Shown one piece after another: positions 11,010-23,604 of a stretch of 33,970 nt of DNA. The translations under genes and the position numbers were made by a program. How positions within the stretch are numbered: the stretch's first letter is position 1; each line of letters opens with the position of its first letter. Below the pieces are notes generated by a model. The model worked only from the letters and a program-made list of their open reading frames with translations. It did not search any database and was not told the DNA's origin. The DNA comes from Octopus sinensis. Taxonomy: Eukaryota. The stretch is taken from positions 1 to 33,970 of the forward strand of contig NW_021831905.1 in NCBI RefSeq assembly GCF_006345805.1. The letters run 5' to 3'.

Positions 11010-13197
11010 CAGAGGTTTCCAAGCTTTTTTTTACGCGCCTCCCTTAGAGAAAAAGTACAATCTTGCGCCTCCCTTTATATTCCATAATATAATACAATTA
11101 TTATTTTATCAAAAACAATTTTTAAAACAAAAAGTTAATGAGATAATTTTTTTTCCATCTTGGCGCAAAGTTTTTCAAATCTTGGTGTCATCGCAGAGAG
11201 TGCTACTCTTAGCTCATTAGTCACTACTAAACAAGTTCGATATTTAGATTTATTGCAGCTAGTGCAGAAAATCCAGTTTCGCATAAATATGAAGTAGCAA
11301 ATGGCAACAAAACTTTCATTGCTTTATTCGACAAAATTTCATATTCCGTTCTTACATTCAACCAAAAAGAAATTAGCGGTTCTCTCTCAATTTTTGTTTC
11401 AATAATGTATCGCATGACAATTCTATCAATTTTTCTTTTTCAAAAGTTGTCAATGCAAATTGATTATCTTCTTCATCAATAAATGGATTCTGTATCCATT
11501 CGAACATTTTACAGTCGAGATCTTTAAAATAGTGAGCAAAATGCTTCAACAAACAATCCAAATGTTCAGCAAATATGTCTTTGTTTGCTTCAATGTTCAC
11601 TATGGCGCAAAAGGTGTTTAAAAGTGGAAACATGTCATAGATATTTTTTTGTATATTTGATTTCCATAATACCAATTTTTTCATAAATGCTTTTATTTTG
11701 TCCTTTTGAGAGAATAAATGTAGTTGTGGTCCCTGCATTGATTTATTCAATATACTCAATTTCCCAAAAATGTCAACTAAATAGGCAAATTTGACAATAA
11801 AGTCATCATCCCTGAACAACTTTGCATCTTCAATATCATTTTCATCAAGAAAATCTGCAACTTGATCTTTGAGTTCAAACACCCTTCTAATCACTTTTGC
11901 ACGAGATAGCCAGCGTACCTCACAATAGTATAAAAGCGATGTATATTTTGAATCCATATCTTCACACAGCTTTGCAAAAAGCTTAGCTCTTAAAGGACTG
12001 TGTTTTATGTAGTTTATAACTTTTGTAATTTGCGCAAAATATCGTTCAGTTCTGGACTCATATTCTTTGAGACAAGTGCTGATCTGTGCAGCATGCAGTG
12101 CGTCCAGATAATTTCTGGTGCTCTGTTTTTTACAAGAGCTTGAAGACCAGATTTATTTCCTGACATTGACTGTGCTCCGTCTGTACAAAGTCCAACACAT
12201 TGATCCATTCTATGTTATTTTCTTCAAAAAAGTATCAATTATATAAAAATTTCATTGGCCGTGCTCCTTCCAGGAAATGGTTTGCAGAATAATAGATCTT
12301 CTATTATTGTACTTTCTTCAGCATATCTGACATATGCAATTAAATGTGCATTTTTATTTATGTCAGCTCCCTCATCAACTTGTATAGCAATTTACAGTTA
12401 CGTAGTCGAGAAACCAACTGATCACAAAGATCTTCAGATATGTCATCAATTCTTCTAGCGACTGTGTTATCAGCAAGCGGTATTTGCTGTAATTGTTTTG
12501 CATAGGATTCGCCAAACATTGCTTCAACCATATCGATAGCTGCTGGCAAAACTAGAGTTTCTCCGATATTGTGCGGTTTCTTGCATTTTGCAATCCTGTA
12601 AGAAACTTTGTACGATGCTAGTAAAGCATTTGAAGAGACAGAAACAAGTATTTTTAACGATTTCGTTTGGTTATCAAACTCTTCTAATTTTCTTTTAAAA
12701 AATTCTTCAGACTTATGGACATGTTCAGAATGCATCGTTTCAAAATGTCTTCTTAATTTGCATGGCCTCATACTATCTGCTGCAAGTGTTTTGAGGCAAA
12801 GCAACAGAGGGGTTTTTCCATAGAATCAACAAAGATACGTGTGAATCCTAACAATAAGTAAGATGGAAAGTATTTTCTTGTCTTTGGAGTGGTATTGATT
12901 ATATTCCAATCATTTTGATTTTTTGAACCATCGTCAAAATCTTTATTATTCGTGAATTTTCTTTTGCAACCACTCAAGAATTTATTCATGTGTTAAAATT
13001 ATTTAATTGTCTAATAAATTAAATAAATTTTTGAAAAATATAATTTTTAAATTAATAACTCTTATTATCGGAATATAGTCACGTTTTTTACATAGATATA
13101 ATTTTCTAAAAAATGTTTCTGAAATACTTTTCGCGCCTCCCTTGACACGAGTCAACGCCTCCCTAGGGAGGCGCGCCTCCCCATTTGGAAACCTCTG
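11010..13197 (-). mobile_element. Full-length Buster-type hAT transposon (2188 bp) with frameshifted ZBED5/SCAND3-like transposase
   Basis: Perfect 13-bp TIRs CAGAGGTTTCCAA (11010-11022) and TTGGAAACCTCTG (13185-13197). Perfect 8-bp TSD ATCTAAAT (11002-11009, 13198-13205) with central TA. Transposase pieces 12989 to 11227: PLC..LAADSMRPCKLRRHF..H, CTDGAQSM, HCMLHR, EVRWLSR, LLPFATSYLCETGFS. GCGCCTCCC subterminal motifs at both ends. Confidence 0.97.
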
Positions 13198-13310
13198 ATC
13201 TAAATTGTTAGTAAAAAAGGGAAACCGGTAAATATATCGCGAAGTAAAGCATTTGAAAAATTGTCTTTCAATGCATTAATAGCTTTTTTTAAGTGTGTCA
13301 TAATTGTCAT

Positions 13311-13481
13311 TTCAAGGACTAGTCACGATCCAGAGAGTTTTCTTGGCTCCTGGAACGTCTGTCGATTGCAGTGATCCGAGGGAACGGCTTCGCCATTCGC
13401 GAGGCTGGTCGGGTGTCTCGTGAGGCCTTTAATTAACTTAGCTATCTTTAATTTCTTTCTTGCTTCCAAAAAAAAAAAAAA
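13311..13481 (+). mobile_element. 5'-truncated CRE retrotransposon copy with poly(A) tail and 10-bp TSD
   Basis: Coding part nearly identical to about 30341-30455 (LERLSIAVIRGNGFAI). A14 tail at 13468-13481. TSD AATTGTCATT at 13302-13311 and 13480-13489. Confidence 0.9.
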
Positions 13482-13513
13482 TTGTCATTAACGATAATGA
13501 TTCTAAAAGTTTT

Positions 13514-14400
13514 AACTCTTCTTTTCTTTGATGTAGAGCAAATTAGGCTTATAGGGCTATAGCTTGAGACTTTTTCTTTAGGTTTTTTAGGTTTTCAAAC
13601 CATCCGAACTTCAGTTTTTTATGATTTTGGAACGTATTATCTCTGTAGGCTGGAATTGAAAAGGTTTGTAAGTAGAGACGGCAGCTTGAAACAGGCAATT
13701 GGAATTTTGTCATACTCTGGGGACACATTTTTGGCTGTCCTTATTGCTTTCAGGGTCTCAATATGCGTGTGTAGGTTACAGAAGGAGGCTCTAGTAAGGA
13801 GGCAGATGGATTTGCTTCAAGAACAGTTGCAAGTTCGGTTGTCGCCTCTTGACTGGACAGGGATCCTCCCGGAAGTTGCAGGCAAATTACTTCAGCCTTC
13901 GTTTGAGTTCTAGTTACTTTGTTATAAGCTGTCTAAAATGTGGGATGTTTTGGATGTAGTATTTTCGATTGTCTTAACAAAGCACGTTCTTTTCCGATTT
14001 AAGTCGTATAACAAAGTGATTTGGAAATGGCATTTATTCTTTCACTCATTAAAGTTCTGTCTAGGGAATCCTATGATTTTTTGAGTTTCAGCGTAAGTCT
14101 ATTTTTAAAGACAATTTTTGAATGTACTCCGGCAGTATTTGGGATTTTCTGTTTTGAGTAAATTTTTCTGTTTTGTGAAATTCCTCAACAGACTTCTAAT
14201 GTACTCATCTGTTCTTTCTATCTCGGTTTTCTTTTGACAGCCAAAAAATAGGGATTTAAAATTTAGGTCACATGAAATTGGTGCAAATTGGTTGCGTTTG
14301 AATAAATCAATAATTAAGTTTTTGTTTTCGCTAAATTTTTAGAGTACATATCTCCAATCAGTATACACTCTTCGCCCATACAATAACTCGAGTGTTATAA
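13514..14400 (-). mobile_element. Degenerate APE-type LINE ORF2 (endonuclease remnant through RT start), same family as 100-600
   Basis: ISCDLNFK / FGCQKK (APE GDLN-like), TLKAIRTAKNVSPEYDKIPIACFK..LTNLFNSSLQ, SYSPISLICSTSK. Nucleotide similarity to 365-590. Confidence 0.7.
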
Positions 14401-14673
14401 ATTCACAAGTGGTTTCGTTTTCTATTCTCAAGTTGTTTATCATGAACCCATTCACATAGAAGGGCGAATTTTTATTAAAACTAGATTTTTTTAAAAGGCG
14501 AATATTTGACCATCGAGAAAGCTTTTTCTTCTACACCTTCTTATAAAATCTAATTCAAAAATTGAAGTGATGAGATTAATTTTTAATAAAAAGATACATA
14601 AAATAAAAATAACTAAATTCAATTTATTTATAATAAAATTCAAATTCCATTAGTCGCTTACTAATATAAAAAT

Positions 14674-16515
14674 ATGTCAAGTCAAAAAAAACACAAAAAA
14701 ACGTAGCATTCATTGGACTGCCCGGCGGTGAGCTAATCGTGCAATATCTCTAATTAGAAGAAAAAAATTGTTTAAATGAAGATATTGATGAGTTTAAGAC
14801 CTATGCTTCATACTATTTAAAAGATCCGGTGGGAAAATGGAATGAAAAGCGAAAGCTTCCTATAAAAATGTTTGCACAACTGGCCAAAGTATAATCTTCA
14901 CTGTTCAAGTAAATTATTTAATATTGTAGATTTATATTTATGGTCAATCTCGACTGGCGAATATTCCGACTTTAACGCTTGATCGTTACTTTATCCAAGA
15001 TTTTGTTAAACATCCGTCTTATTGCCATGAACATTTGCCATTTGTGATGAGCCTACCTCAAATGTTGAATAATATCAATTTCACATTAAATAAAGTGACA
15101 AACTATTTGATTGAGTATTCATAGTATATCAGTATTGGAAACGACTCATTGATTGGTTATAATCCCTAAAACTGAACTCGAACAATCTTTCTCTTGTTTT
15201 AATTTGTCTAAATTATTATCATATCGATGATAAAAACACAAAATTAGACTTAGAGAACAATTTCTTGAAAGTCAGTTTTAAATGGGGTTGATTTAATTTA
15301 TGAATGAATTCAAGTATGTGAGGAAATTGATATATTGTCCAATATGACTACTTTTGACGTTTCAAAAATAACAAAATTTACTGACAATGTATTATTATCC
15401 AAGTAAGGATAAAAAGTGAATATTAAAGAACCTTCAAAATAAGTCTTACAATGGAATTAATGTCGATGTCAACAACTTGGATGAATAACTCAGAGCACAT
15501 CGTGAATGAGCAAATTAAATACAATGTAATATTATTTAATTACTTTTTAGGTCAACATAATTCGATCAAACTTGAACGAAGCTTACAAAATTGATAGTTC
15601 GGCACAACGTCGTTCTTATGGATATTTTTGTAAGTGTCATATCTCAACCATAGTCTTCAATTATACCCGTACGGTGCACCTTATAGTATCTTCGTTGGCA
15701 TTATTGGTGAGTTTTATATCTCTCATCACATGTGTCCGTTCTGTGTTAAAATCCATTTATTTGGCCAAGATTACAAATTCTTACTTTTCTCGCATAGAGG
15801 GAGAAAGTTTGTCGTATTCGGAATTATCAATATACTTCGACATATGGAATTTCATAATTATTTTCACTGACATAAGTAATATTGTTGTCACTGGAATTTA
15901 TATTACTCAAATTCACGTTCTTCTGTAGCTTATTTTTTAGCAATTTTATTCTCCTTATCTCGCGATTGCTTATGGAATTAACATTCTTCTCATTTGGACT
16001 GGTCTCCTTCGCTATCTTAGTTTCTTTTCGGGTTTTAACGTATATTATGCTTAAATAATTTTAAGATCCTGATGATGACTCTGACTAGGTCGACCCTCTT
16101 GGTCCTCCGTTTCATGTCCTGCATAATCATTGTGTATATGGGCTTTGTATTTTGTGGGTTGATAGTTCTTCATCCCTATAATGAAAAGGCTAGTTTTGTC
16201 AATTATTTTTAGTTTGAAACTCTCTACTCATCCGCTATTTCTCTTTTTGCAATAATGAACGGGGATATAATTAATGATACTATGATGTCAACGGAGGATT
16301 CACGCTTCAGATTATTTTCGGACATGTATCAGATCTTGTTTATATCTTTTTTTATATACGTCGTTTTGTCCCTATTTACATCAATTTTTGTGCAGTTTTT
16401 TGTGATTGTACACATGGTTGAGCCTCGCTTTTATTTGTAGAAGTCTCACAATCGATCAGAAACTCGCGACCGAGTGTCGATTTTTTGGGGAATCGCGAAA
16501 ATGAAGAATAAATAA
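14674..16515 (+). pseudogene. MCOLN: Mucolipin (TRPML) cation channel gene, complete architecture with three 1-nt frameshifts (recent pseudogene or assembly error)
   Basis: Spliced translation: YYLKDPVGKWNEKRKLPIKMFAQLAK; LVSFISLITCVRSVLKS; FDIWNFIIIFTDISNI; LLIWTGLLRYLSFFSGFN/ILMMTL..LRFMSCIIIVYMGFVFCGLIVLHPYNEK/FETL..SLFAIMNGDII..LFISFFIYVVLSLF. Collinear with TRPML S1-S6. About ten introns of 21-40 nt. Indels near 14695, 14891 and 15165. 3' end is 16440 or 16515. Confidence 0.9.
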
Positions 16516-16789
16516 GTTCAAGAAATTACTTTTAATTAAATAAAAATAAAATCTATTATAATTGATATCTTCTTATGTTAATAAGAAATTGGCCCTTAAA
16601 ATTTTGTGGCCAATTTGAAAAAACAAATCAATAATTTTAGAATATAAATAATTAAAGAAATGGCTTTAATGAACAAAAATGACTTTTAGTCTAATTAAAA
16701 TAAAATGTGCTTTCTAATTGTTATTTTCCAATATTTGCTTTGTAATTTGTTAATTGAGAAATTAGAAAAACTTCATGTTTATTCTCAAC

Positions 16790-17515
16790 ATTAGCTAAAA
16801 GTTCTTTATCGTGGCTAAACGCTCATCGCCTTACTTTTACAGTGATTCCCATTTTTTCTGTTGACCATTAAAAGTTTCTATCCTGCAAATATGAGAATAA
16901 CCCTTCTGATCGGGGAGAGTTATTCCCATATTTCAGCCACGTTGATGACGACGATACGTCAATGTGCGGGTTTCCCAGACTTCTAAAAAGAGTCTTGTAA
17001 ATGATTTTTAAGTTGATCTTTTTATTAGCGATTCCCTCTGAAAATTGATCAACTCCTTCACATTAACTTGGGTAGCACCCAGACCATACTTAGCCGACAT
17101 GTAGTCTTTTATGGTCCCTCGCTGTGTACCACGCGTTTTTTCAACAGGAAGGATGTCAGCCTTCCTTTGGGATTCACTTAACCCACTCCACAAGGTGTCG
17201 TGCATCTTAGTAAGAATTCGCTCACTTAAGTTTACGATGTTACTCAGTCCATGTCCTAGCTGCGCGCGAGACAAGTATAATATCTCCTTATTGCTTGCAA
17301 ACAAGTGGACGTGGTTTTCTTGTGATTTATACCCTTGGTGCTTCTCCTAGACTTTGACTAGGTCACCGCACACAGGAGTGTTAGTCGCCGACTTGTAGTT
17401 GAGTTCCAGATCCACGGCCTTTATAAAACCTTCCAAGGCTTTCCCCATCGAGTGGAGAATCTCTGAAGTCCGAGCGAACAGTTTAATGTCGTTTATGAAC
17501 ATGAGATGGTGGCGC
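16790..17515 (-). mobile_element. R4/NeSL-like RLE non-LTR retrotransposon, RT C-terminal fragment
   Basis: HLMFINDIKLFA..LELNYKSATN; ILYLSRAQLGHGLSN (LYLPRxxxGRGL motif); SSTWLKYGNNSPRSEGLFSYLQDRN. Internally deleted. Confidence 0.8.
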
Positions 17516-18539
17516 TAAAACAATGACAGGTCGAATAACAAAATTTATTTTTAACAAATTATTAGAACTCCGTGTCATTGCACAACTTCCTTGTTTGTAA
17601 ATCATTGCCTTCAACCACATACCAACAACCACTATCTACGTCTTGTGAACTGAAAACATGAACACTGTATTCGTTTATTTTTGTATTTTCTACTTGTGAG
17701 CTATCAAAGGGAATTTTGTGGACTCTAATTGACACTTTCATCAAATAAATCTTTACGGAATATGACGATATCAAAGTGAAACAACGTATTTGCGGCCATG
17801 GTGAGCTCAAAAGTTACTACATGAAAATGGAGACGCGTAAAACGGAACATTAATAATTGCCCATTCTTTATTTCCTGTTCTTCGACATTATTTTGGAAAT
17901 AAAATTTAATTTTTTATTGACGTTTTTGTAAAATGAATTTTTACTTTGAAATTTGAGGGAAAATTTATTTCCTCGACAATTTTTGTAATCTATGTATTTT
18001 GTGTCTTTTTATTATAACTAAAAAAACAATTTTAATGTCCTCAAATGTGCCTAGTATTAGCAAATCAGTTTTAAAAGCCAAATAGCAGCATACAAGTAAT
18101 TCTTATCGTTAAATCTGTTTATGTGGACACCTCCGGTGTAATGATCGCTCAAAAGTCGCTCGATTTTTGCGACTGTGAAAAATTAACATTTTATCTTGAT
18201 AATTTAATTTTTGATTGCATATAAAATATTTACGAAATATCTAGAATTACTCAAATACGAAATGGGAATGACTTTTGATTTTGAAAATGAAAAAACATAT
18301 TTTTTAAAAAATGGGCTAAAATTATGTTTTTTCTGTGAAGATGAATTCGAATTAAAGCTTGGGTGTGTTGAGGTGCAACTTAATAAATTAAAGTTAGGCA
18401 AAACATAACTACAACCACTTGGGGAAAGACCGCCTTTTTCAAAATTAGGAAATCTCTATTATGGATTGAATAAAGAAGAAATACATCGACTCGAGGAGAA
18501 AGAAATGCGCTCAAATTCTCAGGAGCATAATTCACTTCC

Positions 18540-18780
18540 ACCTTTGTCCGGAAATGTTTTTATATGTTTATAAAACGTGCGTCGAACCATTGCTTACCTA
18601 CGGGTTCGAGAGATGGTACCCTACTGCTGAGAGGAATGGCATTATCGCAAAGCTCGAAAAGACGAGACATCAAATTGGCAAATGGACTCCAGCTGGACCA
18701 ACCCATCCCTCAAGAGTTGGAAGACGCGACGGAAACGGTTGAAAGTGTTCTTGAGAGAGCCTTTTCCTCTAGAATCTCTA
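18540..18780 (+). mobile_element. LINE post-RT (thumb) fragment
   Basis: LYVYKTCVEPLLTYGFERWYP and PSLKSWKTRRKRL across frameshifts (YKxxVRPxLxYG..W and LxxRR motifs). Confidence 0.55.
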
Positions 18781-18884
18781 ATTAAACATAAAGAAAGAGG
18801 GAAACAACGGAGAAGAGGCATACGTTGTCTCATTAACTTTCTCTCTCTTTTTTCCGGCTTTTCCGTTTTAATAAAAAATTCATT

Positions 18885-19110
18885 CAAAGAAGAAGAAATA
18901 TCTAAGGTGATTTCGTTTTGTGCTTTCTGTCAGGTAATAACTCCTTTTAGTAAATATTCTTAGTCGAAAAAAATATTGTCTACGGAGCCCCCAATTACGC
19001 CAATCATTGATGAAAATTTAGGGACAGATACATTGCGGATTTAATTGACCTCAGAAAATATTCGGTGATAAATGATGGCTTTAGCTGGGTATGAATTTAC
19101 TATATTTTTA
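18885..19110 (+). mobile_element. Ginger/KRBA2-like integrase fragment
   Basis: EEISKVISFCAFCQ..PPITPII / RDRYIADLIDLRKYSVINDGFSWV*, homologous to ITPIIAKFSRERLIIDLVDLRYYSDQNSGEKW in the 31509 ORF. Confidence 0.65.
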
Positions 19111-19341
19111 AAATAGATTTCGGTAATTGGAGATTCTTTTTCAAAATATGTAATGCTTGAACTGTCGTTGACCAAATCTTCTACAGAAATCACAAATTTT
19201 TTCCAAAGAATTCTTTATTATGTCGGGCCGCCACTTATTCTACACACTGAATTTAATTTATATAAAGTCTTGGAATTAATATTGAGTTTTATTATATAAA
19301 TTTTTCTCACACTTTGCGTACTAGATTTGCGTTTTGATGTC

Positions 19342-20080
19342 ATGGGAAGGAAGCTTATTCTGGAGTTAAAGCTTAAAATTGTCAGAAAATTGTCAGAAAA
19401 TTGTTTCATGAGCGAACGAGATATTGTCAAAAAATATAAAATTAGTAAAGTTTATCTAATAATTCTATTGTTTGAGAGCAGTATCTAGAATTAGACAAAA
19501 TAACAAAAACTCTTTAAATGATGGGTCCGTACAATCACATCGTCTTAGTCAAATTTCACAGATAAGAGACAGTCTGTCGCAGAAATTCGATAAAATTGTT
19601 TATGAATGCTTCTTAAAAGCAAGATTTCGTTTCAGGACCTATTTTAAAACGTTGCTATAAAAGTAGGTAGGAATTTGAACTATACCTCATTCAGAGGTTC
19701 GAATGGTTGGCTTGAAAAATTTAAGAAAAAACACAATTTGTCATTTAAAATAATACAAAGAGAAAAAAAATCGTGTGCTATTTCTTGCCTTGAATTTTTT
19801 TGATAAGTACGATGACTATGTTAATAACTATGACAATTAAAAAATTTTTAACTGCGATGAAACGGGATTGTGCATTAAAATATTAACATAAAAATAATTT
19901 GTAACTTCAGATGAAAATTGTTTTGGAATTAAAAGGAGTAAAAAAATCACTATTTTTTGTCAGTCAGTGCTTGTAGCGAAAAATTGAAACCATTATTAAT
20001 AGGAAAATATAAATCCCCACGTTGTATGTATAATTTAAATTTTTAAACTGCGGATAAATTTAAAGAAAAGGCCAAACCTT
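19342..20080 (+). mobile_element. pogo/Tigger (CENP-B-like) transposase pseudogene
   Basis: MGRKLILELKLKIV..SERDIVKKYKISK (psq HTH); FRGSNGWLEKFKKKHNLSFKII; FNCDETGL; IGKYKSPR. Many lesions; TIRs not identified. Confidence 0.8.
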
Positions 20081-20629
20081 AATTTTTGGGGAAACGTTTG
20101 TTATTTAGGCATTTTTTAATAGGTCCCCAAGATAGAGATCATACTGTATTAAGTACAAATACAGGCAAACGGCATCTTTAGCTTGCGCACTTTTAAACAG
20201 AGATTCACACAAATTCTCATTTTCTTGTATATGATTGTATATTTATTGCCAATCAATTGCAATAAAAATGGTGCTAGACATTTTTGAGTAAATATTTAAA
20301 CATCAAATTATTTCGAATATGAGTATCAAATTGGTACCCAGAAAATTTAGTAATGTCACTAGAAAAAAATTTTAAATGTTTGTGAAAAACTTAAAAATTG
20401 AAATACATTAAAAAAAGTCGATTTATAGCAAATGTAATTTTTCGAGACTATAAACATCACCCATTGCCATTTCCTCGATATATTGTAAAAGAAAATACGA
20501 ACCAATAAATAACAACAAATATATTTCAAAATTTTATTAAACACGTTTTTAATCATTCATTTAAGTTTGATTGTCTAATTAGGTGTATAGTCTCGATCGT
20601 TGGTAATGGCCAATTTGTATTATTTGGAT

Positions 20630-20790
20630 GACCAGTATTTGAAAGAATCTCTACTCCAACGTAGTCTTTTCGGGTGGAAGCACTTTGTACTCAGGAATGG
20701 CCGTTAGAGTGAGCAAAGACTTCAAAAATCTTTATGAAATTCCAAGGCCATTTTTAAAACTTGATTATGGAATTGAGGAGGTGGCTTGAT
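20630..20790 (+). pseudogene. Actin or actin-related gene fragment
   Basis: SI*KNLYSNVVFSGGSTLYSGMAVRVSKDFKNL, compared with actin [32 protein letters not shown]. TGA sits at the conserved Arg. The rest of the gene is not recognisable. Confidence 0.55.
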
Positions 20791-21509
20791 CCTTCCTAAA
20801 TTCAACACAAAAAATATAAAACTATAACCCAACCAAAAAAGTATATTTTACTGGAATTTAATTAATGTTTGAACTGATTCAGTTGTTTTTCAGTCATTTC
20901 ATTAACATTTTCTAAGGCAAAAATGCGTAACGAGCTATGCTGATGTACCATGGAATGACAGTTGTGTTTATAACTCTCTACAGGCTTATCTGTAGTCAAC
21001 TGCTTCTAGGATGACGCTTGGGAATATTTTTTTTGATGTTTGCCGATCCGATCTTTTCCCGATATTTATCAAATTTTATTAAATAGTATCTGTTGCCACA
21101 CACTGCTTAGGAATTCAATATCAGTAAGTATTGAGTATAGTCCCATTGGGGCTCATTGCATATATAGTCGACCTGAAGGACAGACAAGAACGTCATATTA
21201 GGATAAAACTATATCTTTAGTTCTGAGAAAATAGAGTAGAATATTCTGAAGATAAAGTGTTTTGGAAAAGCTCTGCATTTAATGTGATATTACAAGTATG
21301 ATAATTTTATATTCGTTTCAAATACGTTTGTGTGAATGAATTGAAAACCACTACATTTCTCCAATCCTCTACATTAGGAGACACTCATCTCTACTGTCCA
21401 CAGCTTGCTCAGTTCATAATGCTCATCGTTTTGTTTACATATAAGTTGAAATATTCTCGGATGCATTTTAACACGATTTATTGCACAGATAACTACATTT
21501 AATAATTCT

Positions 21510-22240
21510 TTTAGTCCTTCACCTAAATTTTTTGCTGCTAAATGCTGTCTGTGAATGACGCAATGGATTGTTAAAAATATTTGGTACTTTCTCCTTCATA
21601 TATCCCAAAAACCCACGATGAACTTTAACCATCGCAGGTGCTCCATCTGTTGAACAAGTAATAATATTGATAAGGAGTAATTCATGTCTCCACAAATATT
21701 GTTCAACAGTTTTAAAAATTGTTAACCCCTCTTGTTTTGAGTCCAAGGTGTTCAGAAGATAAAAATTCTTTTTCGATTAAATTATTTGATTAATATAACG
21801 TACGTAAATTAATAAAGTGAAACAGTATCTGTAAATGTCGATTCATCAATTTGAATCGAAAATTTTGTTGTTCTTAAAAATGCACATAAGGTTTGTTAAA
21901 TATCAGATGCCATTTCATCAATTCTGAAAGAGACTGAACTATTACTCAAAGAAATTGATTAAAATATCTGTTCAGAATCACAATCATAACACTTCTTTGA
22001 CAGCTGGTAATATTAAAAACTCCCCAATAGTATGAAATTTTCCTGATTTCGCTATCAATTGTGATACTTTGATGCTAATAGGCCTTTCAAACATTTTCGA
22101 ATTTTTTGTAAATATTTGATTAATCATAAGCCGATTTTCATAATTTATCAGACATTCATAAATATTAAATACAATTAACAAATATTTTTTAATATTATCA
22201 GAAAATCTTTTGTTTAGGTACACACAAAACAATTTAATTT
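21510..22240 (-). mobile_element. Second Buster/ZBED5-like hAT transposase remnant
   Basis: SQLIAKSGKFHTIGEFLILPAVKEVL; G(L)TIFKTVEQYL..CSTDGAPAMV. Divergent from the 11010 element; no TIRs found. Confidence 0.75.
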
Positions 22241-23080
22241 CGAATTAATAGAAAAGCACGGGATAATGATTTAGAAAAACTAATACAAATATTTATAATA
22301 ATTGCCCCTTTAATATGTTCTAACATTTAAAAACACACGTTTTTGGGACGACAAATAGGGAGTCAGACAAAACAAACTAAATCAGGGAATGTTTCAATAC
22401 TTACAAATGTTTAGCCATTCTATTTAATAATATAAAAATTGATTTTTTTATTTCCTGGAGACTTAATTATTTGTTTGGGGGAGTTCCTAGATTTTTCCGA
22501 TCAGTACCTTTTCAACTCCTCCCTACCTCAATCACACTGACCTATTTGACAAAAGTGGCTTTCTTACAACAGTCAATAAATCGAATAGCTTTGTCGAATA
22601 AACAGGCCATTCCCAATGATATGGACAGTTCTAAAATCTATAGAAATAAACGGCATCGTCTAAGACTGTTGGTGAATAAAGACTGTCTCAAACAGTCTTT
22701 TAAGTTATTGGAAGGCAAAAATTGTCGTGAAACGTGATTTCTAGCATTTCCGAATCTTCGAAAAGGTTTTTGTTCTCAAAGACAAGAACCGAGTTGGCCA
22801 ATCAACATGCTCTGCAGTACTTCAGGCTATTTTATACATAGAACCATCTGATGAGACGTTGGCCTACTGTAGAGAACATAAAAACCAACATGTTGTTAAG
22901 GTCCCAGTATTTTAAAAAGGTTAACCAGTATATAAAAAAATAATTATAAAGATAACATTAAAAATTAAAAAAAAATCTAAATATAATTAACAACGCAATC
23001 TGTTACTTGGTAATTATTTATAATTATTTAGTATCTGCTACATTTTAAAAATATATAACAATTAATTAGACTATTAATTA

Positions 23081-23604
23081 ATGATTTATATTATTTTTAT
23101 ACATATTATTCAAATAACAAGTACACGTGCCTGTTGGGACATCTCCCATTCACTTGTTTGCTCGTTTCCCGCCTCTGATAAACAAAATTCAATCAAATGC
23201 AGAGAAGATACAAAACAAATGTTTTATATTTTTAAAGTAATTAAGTTTGATTCAAAATTCTCGAATTGTGGCCATAAATTCAACATTTTTCAAAGACTGT
23301 CAAAAAGTTGTTAAAATGTTTTTGTGATAACTTAATTTAAATCAGGCTGATTCTTAGCTCCAATGTAAAATTGTTTCAACCTTTTGGATTGAAAAATTTG
23401 AAGAATCTGCAGGAAATGTAAAAAGATAAAAATATTTAAGAATTTTAATCAGAAATCATATTTCAGAAATTCAAAAAGACGCATTTGCTGGACTAAAGTT
23501 TTTAAAATCAGTGTAATTTAAATGAATATAAAGCGATAGTAAAATGGTGAAAAATATTATTGAATTTGAAAATAAAAATGTGTTTGAAAATATCAGTGTT
23601 ATTG
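23081..23604 (+). CDS. Second signal-peptide LRR protein (3' end unresolved, may extend to about 24000)
   Basis: Exon 23081-23220 (hydrophobic N-terminus plus Cys cap), then three exact 72-nt phase-2 exons 23246-23317, 23346-23417 and 23441-23512 (LIQNSRIVAINSTFFKDCQKVVKM; LILSSNVKLFQPFGLKNLKNLQEI; ILIRNHISEIQKDAFAGLKFLKSV), and a 71-nt exon 23534-23604. Introns 21-28 nt. Confidence 0.7.

Noticed and set aside
19375-19404. 11-bp tandem duplication AAAATTGTCAG
   Set aside because: A slippage lesion inside the pogo pseudogene.
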